Source of the DNA: Octopus sinensis
Lineage: Eukaryota
Assembly (NCBI RefSeq): GCF_006345805.1
Contig: NC_042998.1
Location: 14,136,001 to 14,200,000, forward strand
DNA: 64,000 nucleotides
Reading direction: 5' to 3'
In this document: positions 1 to 12,367 of the stretch, piece after piece
Layout: each line of letters opens with the position of its first letter
How positions within the stretch are numbered: position 1 is the first letter of the stretch
Notes under the pieces: generated by a model
Databases searched by the model: none
What the model saw: only the letters and a program-made list of their open reading frames with translations
What the model was told of the DNA's origin: nothing
Program-made: the position numbers and the translations under genes

Positions 1-849
1 GCATATGAAATGTATGACTTTGAGACACAAAGAGAAATAAATTTATCCGGTGAATTCAAGCAAATTAAGTAATTTATGTTTTTGGCTTTCTCTTTCTCTC
101 TTTCTCTCTATCTCTCTCTGTAAGACAGAGATGGGGGAGAGAGCGAAGAAGATGGAAGATCATCTTCTGTATTGTGAGCCTCAGAGATATAGAGTTTTGT
201 GGAAATTAAACCGATTCTCTTGAGAGTAAAGTATTAGGATTTATAACCACAGAAAAATTATTCTAGAAGTATCCCGCTGAATTTTAGGGCTAAAACGAAA
301 AGTGCTCCCTTGAGCATTGCAGACATCTCTCATATTCGGCATCAAATGTGATGTGTTACGAGATAATTTAGCAGACCTGTTGATTAACGGTGAAGGTTTC
401 TATCTCAAGCTATGTTAATGATTTCCAAGTCTTGGTAATATGAGCAAAATGAAATTTCGATTCGAGAAAGGATTGTAATACAATCCAACCTAGAGTGCAT
501 TCTCTAACAAATGCTTCCGAAGAGAAAATAAAACCGAATTGCCAGGCTTGAAAGGACTTCCATGAAAGATCAGCTTGAATAGAACCCATGTGGGCCTTAA
601 TAACAAAAACTTCATGAAATATCAGAAACTTGAAATATTTTTCGTAAATATTTAGTTAATTGGTAGACTGCTTGGGCACCATCTAAATTAAAACGAATTT
701 TCCTATCATTTTCATTATTCGGATTTTGTTGACTTGATATAAGAAAATGTTTTCTAGCATAACTTGCAGATAAATGCGGTCATTTCCGTTTGGTCTAATT
801 CGTACTGAGCAATATGAACAGACTATAATATATATATATTTATTTTTAT

Positions 850-1236
850 ATTCTTATACTTATAGTCATTCGACTGCAGTTATGCTTGGGTACCTCCTTA
901 GAAATTTTGTTCGATCAATACATACGTCAAATCTGTAAATCACTTATCACGATTTCTGACGAACCATTATTTCGCATGGATATTAAAAATTCCGACTCTG
1001 TAAGCCTCAGTGAGAGACGGACCCAAACAATGCCATATACATTTATTTACACGCATTTGCATGTATATATGCATACACATCGAGCCGGTACATAGTTTCT
1101 TGTAGACCAAACTCACTCACAAAGCTTTAGTCGCGCTATAGCAGTAGACATCTGATTTAGGTGTACTCAGTAGAACTGAACCTGGAAACACGTAGTTACA
1201 AATCAGATTTCTTAACCATACAGCCGTACCTACGTC
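850..1236 (-). mobile_element. degenerate tRNA-derived SINE, family A
   Basis: Diverged match to the family A 3' module (gtcattcgactgcagttatgc) and head (gaactgaacctggaaacacgt...cttaaccatacagcc) in reverse orientation. Confidence 0.6.
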
Positions 1237-1256
1237 TATTGCATTTACTCTCAAAA

Positions 1257-1588
1257 GGCGACGAGCTGGCAGAAACGTTAGCACGCCGGGCGAAATGCGT
1301 AGTCGTATTTCGTCTCTGGGGTCGATATAATCGATTTAATCCGTTTGTGTGTCCTTGTTTGTCCCTTCTGTGCTTAAGCCCTTGTGGGTAGTAAAGAAAA
1401 AAGTATTTCGTCTGCCGTTACGTTCTGAGTTCAAATTCCGCCGAGGTCGACTTTGCCTTTCATCCTTTCGGGGTCGATAAATAAAGTACCAGTTTCGCAG
1501 TGGAGTCTATGTAATCGACTTAATTCGTTTGTCTGTCCTTGTTTGTCCCTTCTGTGTTTAGCCCGTTGTGGGTAGTAAATATAAATAT
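1257..1588 (+). mobile_element. tRNA-derived SINE, family B, two-unit copy
   Basis: Head GGCGACGAGCTGGCAGAAACGTTAGC (A-box-like), GAGTTCAAATTCC (B-box-like), body GCCTTTCATCCTTTCGGGGTCGAT; 13-bp direct flanks ATTTACTCTCAAA at 1243-1255 and 1589-1601. Confidence 0.85.
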
Positions 1589-1596
1589 ATTTACTC

Positions 1597-2101
1597 TCAA
1601 ACCACTTCATTTAAGTGTACGTCTTGTATCCTTGGAGCTTCTTTGATAAGCAGCTTCTTTACTGTTGTTGTTCTTCTTCTGCCCCATGTCAACTCTAATT
1701 GAGGAGCCATATGATCAACCATTTTCCAACCATGGCGTTCCAGCTTACAGAGGCATCGTGTACTCGTATGATTGACTATCGTATTATGCAATGTGTTCTT
1801 TTTCTTTTTACTAAACGGTTTTAAGACATTTGTGGAATATTTACCACTTATTTCTAGAAAGCCGAATGTACATAAGACTGAGCCTCCGTTGGGTATAGGT
1901 GTTCCATGAACTGGAACCACAACTGTATTTCTGATGGTCATGTGTTGTCTTCTCCTTGTGATGTTCCTGTTAAAGAAGATCGCAGGCCTAACTTTAAATT
2001 GTGATCTTAAGACATCTGCTGTGCCAGACCGACCACATTTTGCTACGGTCGTAGCGGCATAAAATTGGGTGGCAGCAGCCAACAATATTCGCCAGAAATA
2101 T
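1597..2101 (-). CDS. candidate terminal coding exon of an unidentified host gene
   Basis: Only long (about 167 codons) non-repetitive, non-TE open frame in the window; preceded by an acceptor-like ...acatttcAG at 2102-2104; no recognisable domain. Confidence 0.25.
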
Positions 2102-3514
2102 CTGAAATGTGTTGATTAATTTTGTTGTGACTCATTCTCTAATAAGTACGGCTAATTACCGCCTTACACAAACCTTATGAACAGCCATAATAAAACACTG
2201 TATCTGTAAAGCATAGAACATATGGGGAAATTTTTAGATCCGTTCATATTTGCGCCAACTAACCGTGATCTTGCTACGCTTCCAAGTGCTTGAACTACAT
2301 GTAAGGTTAATTTCAAAAGCGACCAGATAACACCATTATCAAAAACTTCTGTATTTTAAACAGAGTTAAGTCAGTTGCCAGCATTAGTACATAGTGAGAT
2401 TTCCTCCTCAAACACGTTTTTCCAAGATAAATTGACCTGTAGCTTTTAATGCTATACATAACCTAGAAAATGCAGTATAAGAATCAAGCTAAATTTTCTC
2501 TCAAACTACGTAGTTCATGTATTACTCATACACTGCGAATTCTGGCCAGGCCAAATGGCATGAAAGAGATACGCTCCTTCAGGTTAACTTGTACTTGACG
2601 CTATACATGAAGATGAATTATTTGGATACATGCCAAATATATATTGAAGGGTACGAGATATTTTCATGTCCATTCACGCAAAACATCTACTCAGTTACAC
2701 TATATTTGTTGTTTAAAATATGTAAGTCAGAGAAAGAAGAAGTAGATATGTCAACGAAAATGGTGTAATGGAGGCCAGAAAAAAAGAAGCTATGAGAGAA
2801 AATGGACAGTTGAAAAGAGGAAAGAGATAAATACTAGCAAGAAGAAAAGAAGAGGAAAGAAAATAACTAACAAAAGATGTACAGAAAAATAAAATGAAGT
2901 ATAGAAAAGCCAGAAAAAATATGAAACTGAACGAATAAGAGAAAAACAACACAACGAAAGCAGGAAAGAAAGAAACAAAGAAACTCAAATAAAAACGAAA
3001 AGAGTTTGTAAAGCAAGAACGAAATGTCGCTATAAATAAGTTAACACCAAAAAAAAAAATGCGGGGTGGGGTTAGAGAAGCTGAGTAATAAAATATTTAA
3101 GCAACATAAAAAAAAAAGGATGTGAGTGTCGTATAGCCCCGAGATCAAACCCTGACTGAGAAGACCTAAGTTCGTAATGTCTGCCAACTAACCTCCCCGC
3201 CATATTTTTTTCAAGCTATTTCTCCATTGCTATAATCCAAACAGTGGTATATCAGTACTCAGATGATAAGTTGTTGTATACAGGAGTTTGAGAGGCGAAT
3301 GAAGTGTTTTTCGTTCGCTTCAGAAAAAACAAGATGTGTTGTAAAAGACGATTATAAAGGAGCGCGGAGCAAAACCGAGATGTTGCAAATTATCGGAGAG
3401 ACATTTAAATAATATACCGACAAATCTATGAATATCCTATCTCCCTTTCTCTCTCTCTCTCTCTCTCTCTCACTATATATATATGTGTGTCTCTACATAC
3501 ATACATACATACAT

Positions 3515-3557
<43 letters not shown>

Positions 3558-3587
3558 TATATATATATATAATATATATATATATAT

Positions 3588-3790
3588 AGTTAATCCAAAC
3601 ATGAAGAGAAAACGCAACAACGCGAGGACGTGGAACAAGTATAGTGTTATTGAACGCTCATGAAAGGAAAGAAAGAATGGAGATTTAACGTTTCGAGGGG
3701 AGCTCTTTGTCAGAAATATAGAAAAAGGGAAACGTCCAAGGAAGGGAAGACAAAGAAAGAAAATCGCCAACGATACACACGCGGTCACAC
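3588..3790 (-). mobile_element. (TA)n-embedded non-autonomous PLE-like mini-element with degenerate hammerhead
   Basis: Minus strand 3717-3683 reads ATTT-CTGACAA-A-GAG-CTCCC-CTC-GAAACGTT-AAAT (stem I, core with G8A, stem II, palindromic ACGT); flanked on both sides by (TA)n. Confidence 0.6.
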
Positions 3791-3793
3791 ATT

Positions 3794-3824
<31 letters not shown>

Positions 3825-3963
3825 TTATTTATTTATTTATATATATTTATTTATTTATTTATATATATTTATTTATTTATTTATATATATATATATATTT
3901 ATTATATATATAATATTTATTTATATATTATATATATTATATTTATTTATATATATATTTATT

Positions 3964-3994
<31 letters not shown>

Positions 3995-4350
3995 ATTTTA
4001 TTTACATATATATATTTATATATATTATTTATTATATATATTTTATTTAATATATATATATATATATTTATTTATATATATATATATTTATTTATATATA
4101 TATATTTATTTATATATATATTTATTATATATATATATTTATTTATATGTATATATATTTATTTATATATATATATTTATTTATATATATATATTTATTT
4201 ATATATATTATATTTATTTATATATATATATTTATTTATATATATATATTTATAATATATATATATATTTTTTATTTATATATATTTATTTATTTATATA
4301 TATATATATATATTTATTTATTTATTTATTTATTTATATATATACATGTA
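3791..4350. repeat. long imperfect (TA)n/(TTTA)n microsatellite
   Basis: Directly visible; source of the spurious 282-aa IY-rich ORF. Confidence 0.95.
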
Positions 4351-4759
4351 TATCTATATCAACATACATATTTATATTATATAGACGCAAGATAAGCTTC
4401 TCGTCTATTTGCATAGGAATGAGATTTATTCGAGTTAACAAGCGATGCTCTCGGTTCGATCTATACCAATGTTCCGAGAACGCCCATCAACTTCATTGCA
4501 TAACATGAACTATTTATCTATAAAGTCCTTCACATTTCTATTGTATAGTAAACATTACTGCTCATTAGCTTGCATTTGTCTATGTAAATATGTTGTCTTA
4601 GCTATTTAAGTATTATCATATATCCTCTGATCCTATCGTATATTTGAATACATGTATGCGATCCCGAATTCTTTTTAATGCAAGGATTGGTTTATTAAGC
4701 AGCGCATTGGCAAAGAGTCGGATGAAAAAGACTTCAAATATTAATCTATGCTTCATCTC

Positions 4760-4905
4760 TCATCTTTATTATCCTTTTGCCGAACCACTAAGTTACGGAG
4801 ACGTATACATACCAGCATCAGTTGTCAAGCGATTTTGGGAGGACAAACACAGACACACAAACATATACACACATATACATAAATATGTATATATATATAT
4901 ATATA

Positions 4906-4940
<35 letters not shown>

Positions 4941-4948
4941 ATATATAT

Positions 4949-4981
<33 letters not shown>

Positions 4982-4988
4982 GCGACGG
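4760..4988 (-). mobile_element. SINE family A, partial copy
   Basis: ttttgccgaaccactaagttacggagacgt...gttgtcaagcgat...gacaaacacagac followed by internal (TA)n and tgcgacgg. Confidence 0.8.
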
Positions 4989-5000
4989 ATATATGGATAG

Positions 5001-5037
<37 letters not shown>

Positions 5038-5294
5038 TGGAGAGATAAAGAGATATAGAAAGAGAGTTAGAGACAGATATATTTTGGTGTTTTGATGATA
5101 TTTTTCTTGAGAACACATTCATCGTGATAATGGCGATTTGTCGTCTATCTTCAGCATATTAAGTGTCCACTTTAGTGGTCATTCCTCCTAATATTGAATA
5201 TAGAGAGAGTAAGTTAGAGAGAGAGAGATTGATACGACAAGCTGCTTTTAGTTTCTATCAACCAAATTCTATCAAAGTTTTGAACACTTATATT

Positions 5295-5460
5295 CTTTTT
5301 TTTTTTCTTTAAGCCATTAGCCTGTGGCCATGCTGGAGCACTGCATTTAGTCGAGCAAAGTGACGCGAGTACTTATTCTATCGTTTTTTTTTGCCGAACC
5401 ACTAAGTTGTCAAGCGATGTTGGCGGGACAAACACGGACACACAAGCAAATACACACACA
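5295..5460 (-). mobile_element. SINE family A, 3' module fragment
   Basis: ctgtggccatgctggagcac...tttgccgaaccactaagttgtcaagcgatg with internal deletion. Confidence 0.7.
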
Positions 5461-5505
5461 TACATACATATGTACATATATATATATATATATATATAAA
5501 TATAT

Positions 5506-5732
5506 CTCTTTCTCTTTTTCTGTTTTACTTGTTTCAGTCATTTTTAGTGCGGCCATGCTGGTGCACCGCCTTTAATCGAGCAACTCGACCCCGGGACTTA
5601 TTCTTTGTAAGCCCAGTACTTATTTTATTGGTCTATTTTGCCGAACCGGTAAGTGACGGGGACATAAACACACCAGCATCGGTTGTCAAGCAATGCTAGG
5701 GGGGACAAACACAGACGCACAAACATACACGC

Positions 5733-5812
<80 letters not shown>

Positions 5813-5977
5813 TATATGCGACGGGCTTCTTTCAGTTTCCATCTACCGAATCCAGTCACAATTATTTGGTCAGCCAGAGGCTATAGAAGAAGACATTTGC
5901 CCAAGGTGCTGCTCAGTGGCACAAAAACCCTGTACTATGTGGTATAGAACCAAACTCCTTATCACGCAATCACGCTC
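5506..5977 (-). mobile_element. SINE family A, near full-length
   Basis: Reverse copy with 3' module, internal (TA)n and diverged tRNA-like head. Confidence 0.85.
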
Positions 5978-6274
5978 ATATAAAAACAAATAGTTAAAGA
6001 ATGCTAAATACAAATGCATTCCTATGTCGTAATATGTATATAAACTTATGCATATATACATACACAGACACACACATAGATGTATAAACCTGACATAGTA
6101 CTGTTTAAATTGAGGAATTTTTACATTTGGCAAATGAACAGCTCTGCAACTAACTAGAATATTGTTTTGGCTATGGCCAATGTTTATATCAAATAACTAG
6201 ACAGAATGTATCTCGTATATATCCACGTAAAGAAAATACGCTTTTATTTACGTGTTTAAATATTCCAGAGCATA

Positions 6275-7198
6275 CAGTAATCCCTCGACGCATCACCTTT
6301 CACCTATTGTGCACTCAATATATCGCGGTTCACCTATCGCACACTCAGTACATCGCAGATTTTTCTGGCTAATATATGTGAATTTATATTGCGGACTTCT
6401 CAGAATATCGTGGGTTTCTCAGGCCGAGAGGTATTTATAATTTTTTTTATATTTTAATAATTTCTGTAGTAAAATACGCATTTTCACGCCTGATAATTAA
6501 TAAATGAAAATACAAAACAGTACTGTACTACATAACACATCAATTAAAATATATTAAAAGAAAATACGTAGTGTGCCGTGGATGAGTAAACAAAGAATTG
6601 CACGCACTGTATGGAAAATAAAACTCGGAGTTGAGTGTGTGGTACTGATTTGCATTTATAATAAATTATAGGCGCAGGAGTGGCTGTGTGGTAAGAAGCT
6701 TGCTAACCAGCCACATGGTTCCGGGTTCAGTCCCACTGCGTGGCATCTTGGGCAAGTGTCTTCTGCTATAGCCTAGGGCCGACCAATGCCTTGTGAGTGG
6801 ATTTGGTAGGCGGAAACTGAAAGAAGCCTGTCGTATATATGTATATATGTATATGTATGTGTGTGTGTTTGTGTGTCTGTGTTTGTCCCTCCAGCATTGC
6901 CTGACAGCCGATGCTGGTGTGTTTACGTCCCCGTCACTTGGCGGTTCGGCAAAAGAGACCGATAGAATAAGTACTGGGCTTACAAAGAATAAGTTCCGGG
7001 GTCGATTTCCTCGACTAAAGGCGGTGCTCCATCATGACCGCAGTCAAATGACTGAAACAAGTAAAAGAGTAAAAGAGTAAAAGAGTATACAAATTATAAA
7101 AAATGATTAAAAAAAATATATGCATAATACAGTACTCTTTCTACTCCGCAGATTTTCACACATCGCGGGAGATTTAGAAACGTAACACCCGCGATAGT
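6275..7198. mobile_element. Tigger/pogo-like MITE (right end truncated), interrupted by a SINE
   Basis: Left end TA|CAGTAATCCCTCGAC with subterminal ATCGCGG-type motifs; right part ...cacatcgcggg...aacacccgcgatagtc lacks the final GAGGGATTACTG; SINE A nested at 6671-7085. Confidence 0.6.
6671..7085 (+). mobile_element. SINE family A, full-length
   Basis: Head GGCGCAGGAGTGGCTGTGTGGTAAG (A-box) ... GGTTCAGTCCC (B-box), internal (TA/TG)n, 3' module ending (AAAAGAGT)n; TSD-like aaattata on both sides. Confidence 0.9.
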
Positions 7199-7235
7199 CC
7201 TTTCTGCAGGCAACATCTGCAAACAAATATTTATG

Positions 7236-7506
7236 CCCTATTTAACATTGTCCCGAGGGAGATCAAAGAGGAAAAGGATCCCATCAACTTTAAACGGAGT
7301 CTGGATAGATTCCTTCAAAGAATACCAGATAAGCCACCCATAATTGGATACAACTCACCCAACAAAAACTCACTACTTGAACAAAACTTGACTCAAACAA
7401 AACTTGACTTAAACAGGATTCGAAAATCCTATCAGGTGGTGCTATTAAGTTAGACATGGCCTGGACCAATCTTTGGTCGAAACATATCTAAGTTTATCTA
7501 AGTTTA
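7236..7506 (+). mobile_element. CR1-group LINE 3' end (same family as 57860-58425)
   Basis: LFNIVPREIKEEKDPINFKRSLDRFLQRIPDKP-type ORF2 C-terminus, 3' UTR hairpin GACCAA-TCT-TTGGTC and (ATCTAAGTTT)n tail; near-identical to 58155-58425. Confidence 0.8.
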
Positions 7507-7789
7507 TATAGTATAGGCATGTAGAATCACATACACACTCACAAACACACACACACATATTCACTTGCACACTCAAACACAGATATATACAGAGAGAGAG
7601 AGATTGAGAAAGGGAGAGAAATACAGAAAGTGAAGGGGAGGAAGAAATTTGGAGGCGAACTAATACAACAGATTTTCATTTCAAGTCTTAAAAATTAAAT
7701 GGTTTGTTAACAGTGCAAAACTTTCCGTCCACATCATTGGAGTTCAAACACTTTACTGCATTATGTCTAATAACTGCTTTTGGTATTGG

Positions 7790-8451
7790 CACAAAAACTG
7801 TAATTTATGCAGATGAGCAAATTCCACAACTAGAGTGGCACTTCAATTTATCAACTCCAGTGGGACGAAAGCTAAACTTGTCCTCATCGTGATTGGAACT
7901 CAGAGTTTTGTGTCAGACGAAAGACGTTAAAGTGACATATTCACACTCAAGTTATTATCCTATTTCTTTACTACCCACAAGGGGCTAAACACAGAGAGGA
8001 CAAACAAGGACAGACAAACGGATTAAGTTGGTTACAGCGACCCCAGTGCGTAACTGGTACTTAATTTATCGACCCCGAAAGGATGAAAGGCAAAGTCGAC
8101 CGCGGCGGAATTTGAACTCAGAACGTAGCGGCAGACAAAATACCGATTTCTTTACTACTCACAAGGGGCTAAACACAAAGGGGACAAACAAAGACACACA
8201 AACGGAATAAGTCGATTATATCGACCCCAGTGCGTAACTGGTACTTATTTAATCGACGCCGAAAGGATGAAAAGCAAAGTCGACCTAGGCGGAATTTGAA
8301 CTCAGAACGTAACAGCAGACGAAATACGGCTACGCATTTCGCCCGGCGTGCTAACGCTTCTGCCCGCTCGCCACCTTTTAACATAAAGGCAGACGAAATA
8401 TTGTCAAGCATTTCGACCGCCGCGCTAATGATTCTGCCAGCTCTCCACCTT
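7790..8451 (-). mobile_element. SINE family B cluster (young tandem units next to older diverged pieces)
   Basis: Two about 185-bp units plus head at 7960-8375, a second diverged head at about 8387-8450 and an old body at about 7790-7930. Confidence 0.8.
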
Positions 8452-9317
8452 TCACACTCAAATTATTATCGAAATTAAAAGTCCAGTCCAAAAACAGTAA
8501 TTCAGTGTCTCCTCGTGCGCATGAATTTAGTCTCCATCGTATTATTTAAAAGCAAATAGTCTTATTTTAGCGACCATTATACTATATATTAAAAAAATAT
8601 TCTATATATATTTTTTTCACTTTCGCTGACTAACATAATTCAAACAACAAACATTGTGTTCTAAGTAAATGTCTTGCGCGAATGAGCATAAAAATATCTC
8701 ATAACCTTTAATATAGGTTTGGCATACATCCAAATACTTCACCTTCATGTAATGCGTCAAGTGCAAGTTAACCTAATGGAATCTATCCTTTTCAAGCCAT
8801 TTAGCTTGACAAGAAATCGTAGTGTATGAGTAATACATGAAACGAATGGATAAGCAGGAAATTTACTTTCATTCCACAGTACTAAATAATGCTAGCCGAA
8901 GTATTTTCCTTTCAGGTCAGATTGTAAGGACAATTTATTAGCACACGATCAAAGTCGACTCGTTTACAACAGTTAGAAAAGCCCGCACATTCATTATGTA
9001 AAGGGACATGCGAAGGGAATAGATTTTAAAGGATATGATTAAATTCACAGAGATCTCGATGTGCGACTATCAGCAACATATCATAGAGTACTAGCGTATA
9101 TATGCTATATTATTTCCCAGAGTATTCGATTTTGAAAAAATGCAAAAATGTGCTAAACTTATCCGGAACAACTGATTATGGTCAGTGAAACTAAGCTGAC
9201 CATAAACTGACGTATGGCCAGTCATTTGCCTAAGCACTTCCTCTGGATAAATCATGGTAATAATGATTGCGTATACACGCAACAGCATTCCCTCAGTATG
9301 TACACTTACACAACACA

Positions 9318-9693
9318 AGTGCGTGACTGAGTGGTAAGAAGCTTGCTTCCCTACCACATGGTTTCGGGTTCAGTCCCACTGCGAGGCACTTGGGCAAGAG
9401 ATTTCTACTGTAGCCTCGGGCTGACCAAAGCCTTGTTGAGTGGATTTGGTAGATAGGAACTGACAGGAGCCCGTCGTATATATATATATGTGTGTGTGTG
9501 CGTGTGTGTGTCCGTCCACCATCAATTCACAACAGATGGTGGTGTGTTCATGTCCCCGTAACCTAGCGGTTCAGCCAGAGAGACCGATAGAATACTAGGC
9601 TTACAAAGAATAATTTCTGCAACAAAAATCTTTTAAGGCGGTGCTCCAGGATGACCGCAGTCAAACGACTGAAACAAGTAAAAGAATAAAAGA

Positions 9694-9695
<2 letters not shown>
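9318..9695 (+). mobile_element. SINE family A
   Basis: gtggtaagaagcttgcttccctaccacatggtttcgggttcagtcccactgcg ... gactgaaacaagtaaaagaataaaagaat. Confidence 0.88.
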
Positions 9696-9769
<74 letters not shown>

Positions 9770-9821
9770 TGAGAGAGAGGCAGACAGATATACAGAGACA
9801 GAAAGGCAGAGAGAACGAGCT

Positions 9822-10235
9822 GGCGGCGAGCTGGCAGAAACGTTAGCACGCCGAGCGAAATGCTTAGCTGTATTTCGTCTGCCGTTAGTTTTGAGTTCAA
9901 ATTCCGCCGACGTCAACTTTGCATTTCCCCCTTTCGGGGTCGATTAAATAAGTACTAGTTACGCACTGGGGTCGATATAATCGACTTAATCCGTTTTTCT
10001 GTCCTTGTTTGTCCTCTCGGTGTTTAGCCCCTTGTGGGTAGTAAAGAAATAGGTATTTCGTCTGCCGCTACGTTCAGAGTTCAAATTCCGCCGAGAACGA
10101 CTTTGCCTTTCATCCTTTCGAGGTCGATTAAATAAGTTCCAGTTACGCACTGGGGTCGATATAATCAACTTAATCCGTTTGTCTGTCCTTGTTTTTCCCC
10201 TGTGTGTGGAGCCCCTTGTGGGTAGTAAAGAAATA
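9822..10235 (+). mobile_element. SINE family B, two-unit copy
   Basis: Head GGCGGCGAGCTGGCAGAAACGTTAGC plus two tandem body units; TSD-like AGAAAGG(G)CAGAGAG at about 9800-9813 and 10238-10252. Confidence 0.88.
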
Positions 10236-10615
10236 AAAGAAAGGGCAGAGAGAGAAAGAGAGACTGGTGGATGTGTACATCTATCTGGTCATCTGCACAC
10301 ACACATCGATATATGAATATAGATTTTAGAATCAGCCAGTTTTTACAACTAATAGTACTTGTAGGGGGGATGCGCTGTAACACCATGTCGCTCTTTATAC
10401 CATTTGTTGGCTGATTCTCAAATCTTGGTGGATGAAGCCTTTGCACCACGCAGGAGATAACCTTCCAACCCATGGGTTCGTGTTCGGTAGTTGTAGGTCG
10501 TGAGGACTTTATGAGGTCAAATTGCAAATCCTACATCATCCACACTTAGTCACCATTCATGACACACAAACGAAACGTTGAGCTTATGCTTTGGCATGGT
10601 GGCCACCTCACAGCA

Positions 10616-10735
10616 CTAGAGCAATGTGAAACGAAGTGCTTTGCTCAAGCGCACAACACACCAGCCTTTCCGGGAATCAAACCCATGGTCGCAGGGGCGT
10701 GAGTGCAACTCCATAACTACTTGGCGAAGCGCGTT
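10616..10735 (-). mobile_element. SINE family C (CORE-like), head and core
   Basis: Minus strand ...agtagttatggag...ggtttgattcccgg...tggtgtgttgtgcgcttgagcaaagcacttcgtttcacattgctctagt: tRNA-like head plus CORE-like block. Confidence 0.7.
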
Positions 10736-11691
10736 CACAAGCCAAATAGGCCGTGAAAATTGCGAAGTAAAAATGACGAAATTATCAATCACCAAATCCA
10801 AAACTCTTTTTGTCTTTATAGTTCGATACCTTATTGATCCGCTAAAATACGACAAATAAGTGTCTGTAATTTTTTCTTTCAATATTTTGGTACCAAGGAG
10901 AAATTTTGTCACTATCATTCGTTCATTCCAGCGAATGTTTTTACATGTGATCTTAGAAAAACATTACATGCAAAGTTATTACAAAGAAGTAGATTTTGTC
11001 TACGTTAATTGTATTAGAAGGAATAAACAATTATAAAATAGAACATTGAAATATTTCAGACGAATACATATAATTTAAAGAGGTTATTCCAAATCTGAGG
11101 CAATATAATTAACGGTTACTTGCGATAATTCTATTCAAAACGAAGAAAATGAAATACAGTTTTAAATCACTAATAAATATAATTGCACACAAGTCTATAT
11201 TAAAGCGTGTGTGAATTAGTGCCTATATATATCTATGCATAAAGTAAAGAAATATCTATCTATGCATATTGAAACATCTACACATATAAAATGCATGCAC
11301 ACACACATATGCATATATATATACATATCCTATAACATCTCAAAAGTGTATACAAATGTGGAACAGCACCAGCTGATACATTCTCTCCCTCAGAAATTTC
11401 TCAAAGAGACTTGTGTACTAAGAAACACAAAAGTTCATTTAAGATGTCTTAAGAGGATTATCAGACAGAGTGTTTCAACTTCATTATATCTCCTCAGTTC
11501 CGTACGTTCCGGTCGTTTAGTGCTAAACTGAAGTGTTCGTTTTGACACTGGAAAGGTGTAAACGAAACTTTTGCTGGTTCGTGCAACATATGAAGATAAA
11601 ATAGAATCAACATACGCACTTCAAATAGCTTCACATAAAAATATAATGACCTGTACCATTACCATATATATACATGCATGCATACATACAT

Positions 11692-11724
<33 letters not shown>

Positions 11725-11725
<1 letters not shown>

Positions 11726-11965
11726 GTAAAATAATATGGGACAATTATTCAATAGCCAAGATAAAACTCTGAGTTTCGGATGCCGTATTTCAGATGGCCA
11801 GATAACCGAAGAGATGGTGTTGTAGATTTCCACCTCGGCATCCGAAACTCGGAGTTTTATCTTGGCTATTGAATAATTGTCACATATTATTTTACAGATA
11901 AATTTCCTCTATTTACATAATATTAATGTCTCTTTCTTTCTTTTGTTATCTTACCGCTTTTACCA
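11725..11965 (+). mobile_element. (TA)n-embedded fold-back mini-element (PLE pseudo-LTR-like)
   Basis: 61-bp inverted arms 11725-11785 / 11836-11896 plus 70-bp unique 3' tail; (TA)n on both sides; hammerhead fold at 11797-11866. Confidence 0.75.
11797..11866 (+). ncRNA. putative minimal type I hammerhead ribozyme, U4C core variant
   Basis: Stem I GCCAGATAA / TTATCT(T)GGC; core CCGAAGA; stem II GATG...CATC(C); GAAA; near-palindromic stem III ACTC-G-GAGT; GTT triplet. Confidence 0.55.
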
Positions 11966-12367
11966 ATATATATATATATATATATCGGAGTAAATGCGCT
12001 AAGCAGTATTTACGTATAATCACAATTTAGGTTAGTTGAAAATTGTTTGTCACATATTTCAACTGCTATTTAATATTTCTTCACAAATATCTGTTCTCCC
12101 TTGTTCTCTCGCTTTGTACTTTCCAGGCATTTTCGATCAAATCTACCGCGAATTGACATGGAATCAGTTGATGGAAATGTAAACTTCATTTGCTTAAGGT
12201 GTCTTCGTGGTTCATTTCGCTATGAAGCATGTAGGCTGGATTTTATCTATTCCATTCCTTAATTTGTATATATTTATATGTATGTATATATATATGTATG
12301 TATGTATATATATATATGTATATATATATGTATATATATATATATATATAATATATATAATATATAT

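Noticed and set aside
2760-3010. Purine-rich stretch giving F/L/S-rich pseudo-membrane ORFs on the minus strand
   Set aside because: Low-complexity A/G sequence, no splice or domain support.
3660-4508. 282-aa ORF and the many other IY/CV/HT/IYLS-rich ORFs
   Set aside because: Translations of stop-free microsatellites; no coding signal.
6671-6750. tRNA-like sequences at SINE heads (also 45747, 51311, 52047)
   Set aside because: A/B boxes present but cloverleaf incomplete and followed by SINE bodies; not tRNA genes.
7455-7490. CCTG-GACCAATCTTTGGTC-GAAACATATC looks like half a hammerhead (also about 58375-58410)
   Set aside because: No CUGANGA-like core; better explained as the 3' stem-loop of a CR1-group LINE.
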